Source: Octopus sinensis (Eukaryota). Taken from it: 45,618 bases of DNA. The position numbers and the translations under genes were made by a program. Below the pieces are notes generated by a model. That model was not told where the DNA came from and made no database searches. It saw only the letters and a list, made by a program, of their open reading frames with translations. Position 1 is the stretch's first letter. Each line of letters begins with the position of its first letter. Below, piece by piece: positions 1 through 12,060 of the stretch. Where the stretch lies: positions 1 to 45,618 of the forward strand of contig NW_021834795.1 of NCBI RefSeq assembly GCF_006345805.1, read 5' to 3'.

Positions 1-469
1 CTTTCTGTTATTCTTTGTGCCAAACTAATAATATTGACTGTGAACGCCTTTTGTAGTGTTTTGTGTTTTCTCCTATATTTGTATATATATATATATATTA
101 TATACTTACATATATGTACATACTTACATATATATATATATTGCATATATAGGTACGGGACGTCATAGAACGTAAACAACATGAAATACGAAAACATGGA
201 ATACGAAATTTTTGCGAACAACGAAAGAAACAAACGGAACACAAGACAAGTGACATAAAGAACAACCCTTCATCAGTTGTCGGTTGTTTTTCTACTCCGT
301 ATTTCGAGAAATTCACGACAAGATACGCCTTCGATAAAACAGTTGCTCCCGCAAAGCAAATTAAATAAAATTTTGGATTTTGGTAACAAAAACAGGACAG
401 TGAAAACAGACAGAAAGGGCTGCTAGACCTTAGCGAGGTGAGGTGGTGAACGGTGGAGGAACAAGCTAT

Positions 470-522
470 GTACATACATGCATATATATGCATGTAAGTA
501 TATATGTATGTATGCATGTCTG

Positions 523-608
<86 letters not shown>

Positions 609-609
609 A

Positions 610-666
<57 letters not shown>

Positions 667-700
667 CTATATATATATATATATATATACACACACTCAC
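470..700. repeat. Compound microsatellite (TATC)n(CT)n(TA)n
   Basis: Directly visible. Confidence 0.95.
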
Positions 701-779
701 ATACATAATAAATTCTTGGAGACACAGATATTGAAAGGACGTCAATGCTTAAACAACCGTTAAATAGTTACAAAACATT

Positions 780-1079
780 TGTAAACAGCGCAGGCGATGC
801 CAATAGAGACAATGCAGAACTCCAGCCGTCAAGTTGCCCAGCATGAGTGATGTTAATTAACTAAAGCTAATTATTAGAAAGATTTGGGCCGGGGGGGGGG
901 GCGTAGTGGTGACTTATCTAGAAAGAAGGGTCTTCCATGAAGATCTTCAGTTTACTTTCCACACTGGTAAGTTGGTGGTTAGATTGACGTTTGTAGGTCA
1001 CCGGTGAAAGGGGGCGGAGGTTTAGGGGAGTTAATTTATGGGGTGGAACGAGTGGCACCAAAAGTGGTTAGTGGGAGTC

Positions 1080-1119
<40 letters not shown>

Positions 1120-1500
1120 TATAAGTGATATGAATAGGTGTGTATGGGACGCGGTGTTTTGCAGTTTACTAGTTCAGAACGCTGTCACTGCATATTTTAT
1201 TTACGACCGTTGAATAGCGCAACCAATCATGAGACGATGACGGGAATATCATAAGCGGGACCTGTCTCTCGTATCAGTTCGCAGCGTCTGGCTTTCAGAT
1301 TTCTGCTACTGAAGAGGAAATAACCACTCCGAAATGCATGCGTGCTACAGACCGGCTAGCAGGGTTTGTACGCTGACTCGGTGTTTTTACACCCATTTGT
1401 CTACAGTGAGAAATGTTCCCTCTGGCAAAATACAGCGAAGAACATTCTTGCAGGTTCGAATGTCCCTCAAGCATATTCGAATAGGTAAGAATTTTGTATT
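780..1500 (+). promoter_or_regulatory. Possible promoter / first-exon region
   Basis: Unique, relatively CpG-rich sequence with CCAAT boxes (about 799 and 1223), a G-run/GC box (about 890-902) and donor-like CTG|GTAAGT (about 966) and TAG|GTAAGA (about 1486). Confidence 0.2.
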
Positions 1501-2604
1501 TATTTGTAGAAGTGGTGATTTAGGTAGGTAAAGAGTGAGTGAGAGAGAGAGAAGGAGATGAAGAGAGTGATGGAAGGTGGGAGGGGAGAGAGAGAGGGAG
1601 AGAAGGCGGTAAGGAGAGAAATCTAGTGAGAGCGGACAACGCCTCTGAGAGCCAGCGGTTGTTGTCTGTGGTGAGAAATACCATATTTTGGGGTATGATA
1701 GAAGCTAAACGTTGTTCTATAAAAAAATAAACCTTTTATGCTTGCTAAAGGATCTTTCACACAATCGCTTAATGCTCGATGCGCCCACACTAAATGCCTG
1801 TTTTCAGGGGAAATTGAGAGGCAAACCAACGAAGACCATAGTTGAGCAAAGAATGGCGATCTAGATCTTGGTTTACTGCTCCTGACTTCAAATCTCCTGC
1901 GATTCTCAACTAGCATTGTAGAAGACGATGGTTATTTTCAAGGAATTTTTGTTGACAAAAAAAATGTGCATTTTCTGTGCAAGAAAATACGGCAGCTAAA
2001 TAGAAATGACCGTGGTTTGAATTTCTTTATGTTCAGTTTATGTTGTGGCGGCGGTGGAGAGAGCGATGCTGGCGCTAATTGCTATACTGAACTTTCTAAG
2101 TCATCCAACCAGATGTCTGGGGGCCGCAGGTGGGCCTATCAAATCGCTGTGATATATTCACGGTCTACTGATTCACACCGAACACTAATTACCAGGTGAA
2201 CGCCTGTAACCATTACAAGAATATGTCACACATTGAAATATGGTGCTGTCACTTTGACAATTAGGGATCGCAATAACATTTGTAAATAGTTCAGATTAAT
2301 TATTCATTACTGGGCAAAGAGTTTATGTCAGGTGCGATGCTTTGTTTAGGTGAATAGCAACATTAGTACCATTAGTACTTAACAAATTTGCTCTGTTTGT
2401 TCGTCTGCTACGGAGTAGACGCACCAACGGGGCAAATTTTAATATTTCTCCATAGATTGAAAAAAAATGACGATCGGCCTTAATTGAGTTGCGAACGTAA
2501 TAACGTTCTACTCAGAGGTATCTACACACACACACGTACACGCGCACACACACACACACACACCACACACACACGCACACACACACGTATTTATGTGCAT
2601 CATC

Positions 2605-2838
2605 TATTTCTTTACTATCCACAAGGGGCTAAACACAGAGGGGACAAACAAGGACAGACAAAGGGATTAAGTCAATTACATCGACCCCAGTGCGTAACTG
2701 GTACTTATTTAATCGACCCCGAAAGGATGAAAGGCAAAGTCGACCTCGGCGGAATTTGAACTCAGAACGTAACGGCAGACGAAATACGGCTATGCATTTC
2801 GCCCGGCGTGCTAACGATTCTGCCAGCTCGCCGCCGTA
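2605..2838 (-). mobile_element. tRNA-derived SINE family B (tail type 1), full length with 16-bp TSD
   Basis: Head GGCGGCGAGCTGGCAGAATCG...GAGTTCAAATTCC, central GTCGACTTTGCCTTTCATCCTTTCGGGGTCGAT. TSD ATTTATGTGCATCATC at 2589-2604 and 2839-2854. Confidence 0.92.
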
Positions 2839-2847
2839 ATTTATGTG

Positions 2848-2897
<50 letters not shown>

Positions 2898-2961
2898 CTA
2901 TCGTCATCATTATCATCATCGAAATGCTTCTCCTCCCCTTCTGCCTCCTCCTCGTTCTCCT

Positions 2962-3135
2962 CTTCACTATCATCATTTAACGTCTGCTTTTCTTGCAGGT
3001 ATAGGCTTGAATAGAACTAGCGGGCCAGAGAACCACCGTCTGTTCTGGCATGGTTTCTACGGCTGCTAGATGCCCTTCTTCACGCCAACCACTTCACGGT
3101 GTGTAGCGCGTACCTTTTGCGCGTTACCGGCACTA
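2962..3135 (-). mobile_element. Family D old copy
   Basis: catcatttaacgtctgc...gatgcccttcttcacgccaaccac. Confidence 0.65.
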
Positions 3136-3914
3136 ATGAAGTAACAAAGTAACTTGCATGACAAACCCCGCCCTTCAACAAAGAGCGGGTGCAGAATTGA
3201 GAGAGGTAGCTTTATGCTAGGTGATGAGAGGGTAAAGTATGATAAAGGAATCAAAAAATGTGTTTTGCTGAAGAGAAGAAACCTAGCTTTTCCAGGGAAA
3301 GAGAAAAGCGGTGGCGAGGGCGTACTTCCAGGCACAATAGAATAAAGAATGCAGAAGAAAAAACAGAAATATGGATAAAGCGTGGACGATTTGTGCAAGA
3401 GAGGGAGAGAAAGAGAGAGAGTGAGAGAAAGAGAGGGAGGGAGGGAGGGAGGGAGAGAGGGTGGGGCACTGGTTAAAGAAAGGTAAATTGAGACCATTCT
3501 CCTGTCATTGTATATCTCAGTGTTTTCTGCAACGTCCAGTGTTCTGACTCGTCATAATATTCTTGGCTTCAACCATGGTTTTTTTATCTCATCGCTCACT
3601 TCTATTGTTGAAATCGTTTCACTCCAGACCATTGTCTACTGTTTGTCTCGCTATTTGTTGTCTAGTTTTAACTATCTGCAGTAATGTCATACCTGTAATA
3701 TAATACACGCTTAAGATAGTCATTCTCCAATGAACCCACCCACAAACACACACTGCACTTGCAGGTGCAGGCGCACGCAAGTGCTGTTGCATTTCACGCA
3801 CACGAATACAATAAGTCATCGGCTCAGCAGTTGTCCTTCCTTCTTTTCAGCAAACACAAACGCACAGGACACACTTTATATCCCAGGTCGACCTTACCTT
3901 TTTGTTCTTTCGGA

Positions 3915-4140
3915 AACGGCAGAATTGTTGTTAGCACGGTGGACAAAATGCTTAGCGGTAATTCGTCTGCCGCTACGTTCTGAGTTCAAATTCTGCCGAG
4001 GTTGACTTTGCCTTTCATCCTTTCGGGGTCGATTAAATAAGTACCAGTTACGCACTGGGGTCGATATAATCGACTTATCCGTTTGTCTGTCCTTGTTTGT
4101 CCTCTCTGTGTTTAGCCCCTTGTGGGTAGTAAAGAAATAG
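3915..4140 (+). mobile_element. SINE family B (tail type 1)
   Basis: Collinear with the 2605-2838 copy. Confidence 0.88.
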
Positions 4141-4649
4141 AAAACGATGAAATAAGTAGTAATCGAGCCCTGGAGTCGATGTAATAGACTTAGTGCTCCC
4201 TGGAAATTGCTGTCCAGGTGCCAAAATTTGAAATCAGTATAAGGAGGTGTTTAGCAGTAGAAATGAACCGTATAAAATTGTAAAAGAATTCCTTAAACAT
4301 ACACACGTACACACACAAACACGCACACACATACGCATGCAATTTACCTTGGTCATGTGCTCTGTTCTATTTTGTACGTATCTATGTGTCACGTCTGCTG
4401 AAGATAACGTAAAAGACAATAGGCGAGCTGATGACGCCTGTTGAGGAAGAAACACGGATGTCTCCTTGTCTCCAAAATATCAGATTGTCTTTATAATCAT
4501 GCCATGTCAAACCTGAAGAATCCTTGGTTGTGACAATATGGGCACCTGTATGAGTGTGTATATGTTTTTGTTTTGTTATATACATGCACACACACACACA
4601 CACACACACAAGACACACACATAAACATGAATACATACATGCATATGCG

Positions 4650-4681
<32 letters not shown>

Positions 4682-4684
<3 letters not shown>

Positions 4685-4928
4685 TCATCGTTTAACGTCC
4701 GTTTTCTATGCTAGCATGGGTTGGACGGTTCAACTGGGGTCTGGGAAGCTAGAAGGCTGCGCCAGGCCCAGTCTGATCTGGCAGTGTTTCTACAGCTGGA
4801 TGCCCTTCCTAACGCCAACCACTCCGTGAGTGTAGGGGGTGGTTTTTACGTGCCACCTGCACAGGTGCCAGACGAGGCTGGCAAACGGCCACGATCAGAT
4901 GGTGCTCTTTACGTGCCACCGGCACGGG

Positions 4929-4930
<2 letters not shown>
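4682..4930 (-). mobile_element. Non-autonomous retroelement family D (RTE-like (GAT)n tail, no tRNA head)
   Basis: Minus strand ...ggttggcgttaggaagggcatccagctgtagaaac...ccatgctagcatagaaaacggacgttaaacgatgatgat. Related copies at 11227 and 2962. Confidence 0.8.
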
Positions 4931-4962
<32 letters not shown>

Positions 4963-5419
4963 CATTCATGTATCGATGTATATACACCAGCTGATGTGTG
5001 CGTATGTACATGTATGTGTAGTTATACGTGTATAAACATGCCGTATATAAGGGAGTAAGAAGGTGGCCACCCAATTTCCGCCTCTCCACCCTCGCACTCA
5101 GCTATGGTGGTGGTGGTGGTGGTGGTGGTGGTGGGGGCACTCAACCTAGATACCTATACTATATTGACAGGTTATCGGGAATAGCGTTTGGTAAATATCT
5201 CCCCTCACTCTCTCTCTATTTCTTCTTGCTCACTCTTCCTCAATAACCACAACCCTCTCCACTCTCACACTCATTCCTTAACTTCCATTCGTTCACTCCA
5301 TCCCTCCTTCAGTAGTGGTGGTCGCCGGGAAGTGATTAGTAGTGAAAGAAACGCCTAATTTAAATGCACTCATTACTTTGACACGTGACCGGGTATAAGA
5401 TTCGTAACCAGTTCTGTTC

Positions 5420-5730
5420 CCTTCTCTCTCTCCCTAGACTCTTCCCTCTTCTCTATCTATTTCTCTCCTCCCTCTCCTCACCACCAAATCTATCCCTTCT
5501 CCTCCAGTCTTCTTACACACCTTCCTACTTTATCACTTCATCTACTTTTCTTCTTCTTCTTCTTCTTCTTCTTCTTCTTCTTCTTCTTCTTCTTCTTCTT
5601 CTTCTTCTTCTTCTTCTTCTTCTTCTTCTCCTCCTGCTCCTCCTCCTTTCACACTTTCTCTTCCTCTCTCTTTCACTTGCTCTTTCTTTCTCTTACTCTC
5701 TTTGTCTGTCTGTCTGTCTATCTCTGTCTC

Positions 5731-5776
<46 letters not shown>

Positions 5777-6340
5777 TCTCTGTGTTTTCTGCCCTCCCTG
5801 TCTTTCGATCTGTATGTCTGTCTCTGTCTTTCTATCTCTCAGTTTCTCTCTCTTTATCATTTTATCTCTTTTTCTCTGTCTCTCTGTGTTTCTATCTCTC
5901 CTATTCTCTGTGTCTCTATCTATCTGTCTGTCTGTCTGCTAGTTTCTCTGTCTCTCTCTTTTGGCCTTCTCCTACTCTCCCTATATATATATATATATCT
6001 TTCTCTCCCTCTTTCTTACTCTCTTTGTCTGTTTGTCTGCCCCTCTCTCTCTCTCTCTTTCCTCTGTTTTCTGCCCTCCCTGTCTTTCCATCTGTATATC
6101 TGCCTTCCTATCTCTGTCTCTCTATCTCTCTCTTTATCTTTTCCTCTCTCTTTCTCTCTCTTTTGCCCCTCTCCCACTCTCCCCGTCTCTCTATCCCCCT
6201 TCTCCCCCTCTCCCTCTCTCTCCCCCCTCTCTCTCTCCCCCTCTCCCCCCCTCTCTCCCTCTCTCTCCCTCTCTCTCCTCCTCTCTCTCCTCCTCTCTCT
6301 CCTCCTCTCTCTCCTCCTCTCTCTCTCTCTCCTCTCTCTC
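5420..6340 (+). repeat. Polypyrimidine low-complexity tract with (CTT)n, (CT)n and internal duplications
   Basis: Directly visible. Blocks 5680-5860 and 6010-6130 are similar. Confidence 0.9.
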
Positions 6341-6939
6341 GCTTGTAGTGGTTGTGAGGCAAGCGGACAACAACCAGCCAACAGGTAAAACTATCTACTG
6401 ACAGGTGACATGTAACTATGATAGGGCCTGAACTACCCTTTCATTCCCCCTCCCACCTCTCTCACTGTCGTTGGTGTTGGTCGGGGGTGGAGAGGTTGAT
6501 AGAGACACCCAACCCAGAAGTAGACAAGATATGGAATAAGATGATAGCTAAAAAGCAATTAATCTCGAAACGAAATAAATCATTTGAGATTCTTAGATGA
6601 AAGTCGAACACTTGACCTGGATGTAGATCAATGACACCCGGGGTAGACAGTGGGATGGGCTGGACTGGAGTGGATTAGGGTGGTCTGGGGGTAGAATAGA
6701 GGAGAGCGGGGTGAAGTGGGGGCGATCTTGCTGTAGTGAAATGCTGAGCCCCCCTCCACCCCTATCCTCGTTTAAACCGCATTTGTTTACGACAAATATC
6801 TTCGACATTTCCGCGTCTCTAGAGGAACGGGAACGGCAAAAGCAATCCTCGGTGTGGTTGCCACGGGAAACTGTCAGTTGCTTTGTGTAATCTCGAAATA
6901 CATTGGGCGGAGAGGAGAAACTGTAAACAGTGTTGTTAG

Positions 6940-6994
<55 letters not shown>

Positions 6995-7233
6995 TACTAC
7001 CACCACCACCACCACCACCACCATCACCACCACCAGTATCTGCCCGCCTGTCTCTCTCTTTTGCCCCTCTCCTACTCTCCCTGTATATCTCTCCCTCTCC
7101 CTCGCTGTAGTAATTTGAATAAAAATGCCTTAAGGAAGTTGTGATTCTCATGCATTTTCCTATCGTAGAATGTGATTTGAAGGCACTTGTCTATGACTGG
7201 TCAGTAGAGATCGTATGAATATACTTAATATAC

Positions 7234-7450
7234 AGGCAAGGTGACGAGCTGGCTGATTCGTTATCATGCCGGACAAAAAGTTTAGCGGCGTTTCGTCCAT
7301 CGCTTCGTTCTGAGTTCAAATCCTGCCGAGGTCAACTTTGCCTTTCCTCCTTCCCGGGTCGGTAAAATGTGTACCAGTTGAACAGTGGGGTCGATGTAAT
7401 CGACTTAGCCCAATCTCGAAAATGCTGGTCTTGTGCCGATATTTGAAATC
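7234..7450 (+). mobile_element. SINE family B (tail type 2), diverged
   Basis: Same head and central domain, with a different 3' part (...gaaa.tgctggtcttgtgcc). Confidence 0.8.
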
Positions 7451-7582
7451 CCTATACTTAACAAAAAAGTACAACTCCGGTTTTTGTGGGCGCCGATAAT
7501 CCGGATCCTCTTGTAATCCGCACTAATTCTCACTAATGTACAGGTCTCTGTATTTCATTTAAATATTTAAGTAAATTCGAGG

Positions 7583-7795
7583 AGGGTGAGCTGGAAGAAT
7601 CGATCGCACGCCGGACAACACGCTCAGCGGAATTTCGTCCGTCTTAACGTTCTGCGTTCAAATTCCATGGAGGTCGACTTCGCCTTTCATCCCTTCGGGG
7701 TCGATAAATAATAAGTAGCTGTTGGGCCCTGGGGTTGATGTAATCGACCTGTCCCTTCACTCGAAATTGCTGATCTTGTAAAATGTTAAACCAAT
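7583..7795 (+). mobile_element. SINE family B (tail type 2), diverged
   Basis: gagctggaagaatcg...gttcaaattcc...gtcgacttcgcctttcatcccttcggggtcgataaa. Confidence 0.8.
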
Positions 7796-7920
7796 ATTTG
7801 TGAAATTTAGAATATGTAGACCGAAGTAAGTCCTCTTGGATCGGAAAAATCGGTCTTCTAGAAAAGCTTTGGAAGCAAACGGTTCCAGAAAATTGATGTT
7901 GTGTCTGCTGTAGGGGAAGC

Positions 7921-8270
7921 ATGACTGAATGACTAAGAAGTTCGCCTCGCAACCACGAGATTCCAGGTTCAACCACATTGCGTGGCAGCTTGGACAAATG
8001 TGAATTTCTATAACCTTTGCTCAATTCATAGCCTGTAGGTGATGTTGGGTAGACGGATATTGCATCGGAACCAGTCGGGTGGATTATACCTGTGATTTAA
8101 AGCTAAGGCTTTGTCGCATTGTGTCACATTAATTCTGCGAGCGAATTACTTTAAGAATCCATGTGCCTGGGGTATACTCAGGTAGTTATACCTTAATTGA
8201 AGAACAGGTAATTTAGTTGATGGAACAAATGAATCCTCCTTGTCGAACGACGGAGATCTACATCACTTAA
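7921..8270 (+). mobile_element. Old SINE: C-like head with tail-2-like 3' part
   Basis: caggttcaaccacattgcgtggcagcttggacaaatg...gggtagacgga, then tgtcacattaatt...cttgtcgaacgacggag. Confidence 0.55.
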
Positions 8271-8798
8271 TATAAGGAACAATAATAATTTCATTTGATG
8301 ATGGCGACGACAATTATAATAACGATGACGACGATGATGATGATAACAATGATGATGATGATGATGGTGGTGGTGTTGGCGATGATGATCATGATTTTGA
8401 TGAGGATGGTAATGATGATGATGATGGTAATGCTAATAGAGGTGATGATCATAATTTTTATATATGTTACTAAGGCGACAGAATGCTGCGATTAGCGATC
8501 GTTTGTAAAGAAAGAGATGCACATAGGCAGCTGCGACCCCAACAGCCAAACATTAATTATAGAACCTCTGCTCCTGAACATTCAGAGGACTTTGTCATTC
8601 GAAAAGCACGATAAACAAGAAGTCTGTAGCACCACTAGACAATAATAATTATACAGTACTCACCGCTAACGGATTCAAAATCTGATATTATCATCATCAG
8701 CAATCATTCTTATCAAGGGAGATTGTAAAGTTATAATGCATCTGGAAACCCCAAAAGTCATTGATGGTAACATAAAGGAATGATAGGCAGTATTGTCA

Positions 8799-8903
8799 GT
8801 CACATGACGTCACCCTGCTTTGAATCTTGAAACTCAGACGTTCAAAATAGTGACGTAACGCAGAGGGAAATCAGAAATACATTTTAATTGTGTGGCTATA
8901 AAA
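8799..8903 (+). promoter_or_regulatory. Possible promoter/enhancer: E-box palindrome, CRE, CRE-like site, TATA
   Basis: GTCACATGAC 8799-8808, TGACGTCA 8805-8812, TGACGTAA 8851-8858, TATAAAA 8897-8903. Motif evidence only. Confidence 0.3.
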
Positions 8904-9039
8904 GAGCTAATGCCCTGACGGCTGAGTATAGTTACCTCGGTTCTAAAATGAAATGGCCAGAAGCCTCCTAGAAGTGGCAATTCTAGTTGTCGGAATATAG
9001 TTTGTCCGAACCAATAATTGTCCCAGAATTGTCTTGAAG

Positions 9040-9368
9040 ACGCATGGTTCATGGGTTTGATAGTTGGGCTCACAATCATGAGGTAGTGAGTTCGATTCCA
9101 GGACCGGGTTGCGTGTTGGATTCTTGAGCAAGACACTTTATTTTACGTTGCTCCAGTTCACTCATCTATAGAAATGAGTCGCGACCACACTGGTGCCAAG
9201 CTGTATCGGCCCCTTTGCTTTGCCTTGGATATCATCAGCGGAGAGAGGAAGCTGGTATGCATGGGTGGCTACTGGTCTTCCACAAACAACCTTGCCCGAA
9301 CTTGTGCCTTGGAAGGTAACTTTCTAAGAGCAATCCCATGGTCATTCATGACCGAAGGATATCTTTAT
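9040..9368 (+). mobile_element. tRNA-derived SINE family E
   Basis: B box GAGTTCGATTCC and CORE-like ttgagcaagacacttt. Single copy in this window. Confidence 0.65.
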
Positions 9369-10762
9369 ACTCTTTTGAAGAGCGATTCTGAGCTTGTCTT
9401 GGAATAGCGAAGTAGAAAAGTAGTGTCAAGCGATAGTAAAGGAGATTTGACTGCAGGGATTTTGTATGTCCGGGGCATCAGGAAGTATTGGTGCTACAGG
9501 GCATGGTCCTCGACACGGATCGTTTCTTTGCAAAGTCTTTAAGATCTTCCTGTCACTGTCCACTTGAACTGCAGATACCAGGACGCTCTTATCGGTGTTT
9601 TTGTGCGGCTAACCCGCTACAATCCATGGTCAATTTTCTCTCCTATGAGGGGTTATTCTCTACGATGCATCATTGTAACCCACCACACTTTGCAACTGTT
9701 TATGCGTTCACCTGTACACACACGTTAATTCTATTCCTGTCGGTGAGTGGGGGGGGAGTCTAATCAAGATAGAAATTTTAAAATGATTAATAGCGACAGA
9801 AGCAATATTAATAATCTTTATATCCAACTTAACGTGGATGTTGTGCTAGAGCACCGAATAATGCGGTATCTACATTGAGAAGACCTCGCATATGCGTTCT
9901 TAAGAGAGGTTTTCTCAAAGTAAATAACGCGTTATTCGGTATTCCATCACAACATCCACGTTAACTTAGATTTAGGCATTTAAGTGTTTTTGCTGTCCGT
10001 GCGTGTGCATATGTGTAATACTTTCCTCTTCGAAGTACTCGTTTGTATGGATGTGTCTCTGTGCGGTTATTTCTATATGTATATGTGCGTATGTCTACAA
10101 TTGTGGTTTGTTTATTTTCTAAATATGATTAGAAGAATATCGAGACGAGAGAGCTGTAAATATTTGACTTTTGTACATTCGGAGTGTGAACAAAAAACTG
10201 TACAGACATAGCAAGGTGTTCAATGGGATTAAACAAACAAAACAGACAAACAAAAAGCGGAGACAGAAAGACAAACAGTACCAGTTTTGGTCTTCTTAAT
10301 CTTTTAAAAAAAAATAATTCTTTGAATTCCTGCTGTAAAGAATGAATTGGTTTCTCACAAAGAAACAAAGACCCATTTCTGGAATTTAAATAACAGCAAC
10401 AGTGAATATCAGAGAAGTCTTGTATATTTTGAATATGTAAACTGAGCGTTGGTTCACCTCCCTGTATCTCTGTCTGTGTGTGGCTATGCATAGATCTGTG
10501 TATGTGCTTGTGTGAGTGTACGAAGTATGTCTCTGCATGTGTGTATGTATGAGCATCTCGTTTGTGCCTATGCGTTTGAATGTACGTATATAAAAAACAA
10601 AATAAATAAATAGAAAGTGGGTAAAAGAATAGAAATATATAAATCACAAACATAAACATTCATATATAAATAGACATTTGTTATGCATGGAATCTGAAGC
10701 ATTAAGCTGGGCGACGGGTTAAATTTTAACACACACACACACTAGATGTATGTATGCCTGTC

Positions 10763-10888
10763 TGCGGGGTGTATGTAAAGTTTTGAGCCTTGAAGGCCCT
10801 TGAGCCTCGAAGTCTTGTACATTCATCAGAAGTCTTGTACCATGTTTTGTTTTTTCTGAGGCTCAAGACTTTTCATACACCCTTCGTA
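10763..10888. mobile_element. Mariner-like MITE remnant
   Basis: Imperfect inverted ends tgcggggtgtatgtaaagttttgagcct and aggctcaagacttttcatacacccttcgta. The TACGA.GG start resembles mariner TIRs. Confidence 0.5.
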
Positions 10889-12060
10889 TGTACGTATGTA
10901 TGTATGTATGTATGTATGTATGTATGTATGTATGTATGTATGTATGTATGTATGTATGTATGTATGTATGAATGCTTGTATGTATGTATGTATGTATGTA
11001 TGTATGTATGTATGTATGTATGCTTGTATGTATGTATGTATGTATGTATGTATGTATGTATGTATGTATGTATGTATGTAGTATGTATGTATGTATGTAT
11101 GTATGTATGTATGTATGTATGTATGCTTGTATGTATGTATGTATGTATGTATGTATGTATGTATGTATGAATGTATGTATGTAGGTATGTATGTGCGTAG
11201 GTATGTATGTAGTATGTATGTATGTATGGCGTTAGGAAGGGCATCCAGCCGTAGAAACACTGCCAGATCTGACTGGTCCTGACGAAGCCTTCCAGCTTCA
11301 CAGACCCCAGTTGACCCGTCCAACCCATGCTAGTATGGAAAGCGGACGCTAAATGATGATGATGTACGAATGCATGTATGTATGTATGTATGTATGTACG
11401 TATGTATGTAAGTATGTACGTATGTATGTATGTATGTATGTATGTATGTATGTATGTATGTATGCTTGTATGTATGTATGTATGTATGTATGTATGTATG
11501 TATGTATGTATGTATGTATGTACGTATGCATGTATGTATGCATGTATGTACGCTTGTATGTATGTATGTATGTATGTATGTATGTATGTATGCATGTATG
11601 TATGCTTGTATGTATGTATGTACGTATGTATGTATGTATGTATGCTTGTATGTATGTATGTATGTATGTATGTATGTATGTATGTATGTATGTATGTATG
11701 CATGTATGTATGCATGTATGTATGCTTGTATGTATGTATGTACGTATGTATGTACGTATGTATGTATGTATGTATGTATGTATTTATGTATGCATGTATT
11801 ATGTATGCATGTATGTATGTATGTATGTATGCTTGTATGTATGTATGTATGAATGCTTGTATGTATGTGCGTATGTATGTACGTACGTATGTATGTATGT
11901 ATGAATGCTTGTATGTATGTATGTATGTATGTATGTATGTATGTATGTATGTATGTATGTATGTATGTATGTATGTATGCATGCATGTATGCTTGTATGT
12001 ATGTATGTATGTAGTATGTATGTATGTATGTATGTATGTAAGTATGTATGCATGTATGTG
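10886..12060. repeat. (TATG)n array of about 1.2 kb, interrupted by a family D copy
   Basis: Directly visible. It produces the MYVC/HTYI pseudo-ORFs. Confidence 0.97.
11227..11366 (+). mobile_element. Family D 5'-truncated copy inserted inside the (TATG)n array
   Basis: ggcgttaggaagggcatccagccgtagaaac...gcggacgctaaatgatgatgatg. Confidence 0.85.

Noticed and set aside
255-290. CTGATGA on the minus strand in a repeat-like segment
   Set aside because: No stem II or GAAA follows, so it is not a hammerhead.
1307-1345. CTGAAGA-GGA..TCC-GAAATGCATG hammerhead-like string
   Set aside because: Position 17 is G and no stem I can form. It is chance or too decayed to call.
6645-6720. G-quadruplex-like G-runs
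   Set aside because: Long irregular loops and no supporting context, and such runs are common by chance.
6838-6885. AAAGC...GAAACTGTCAGTT-GCTTT with stem I/III-like pairing
   Set aside because: The 5' core reads AATCCTC, with no resemblance to CUGAnGA.
8664-10462. Minus-strand exon candidates (8664-8744, about 9430-9708, about 10279-10462)
   Set aside because: Splice-like motifs exist, but the frames contain stops or give unrecognisable peptides. They cannot be supported without transcript data.
11275-11305. CTGACGAAG inside a family D copy
   Set aside because: No GAAA half, and the other copy reads ctggcgcag, so it is a chance variant.
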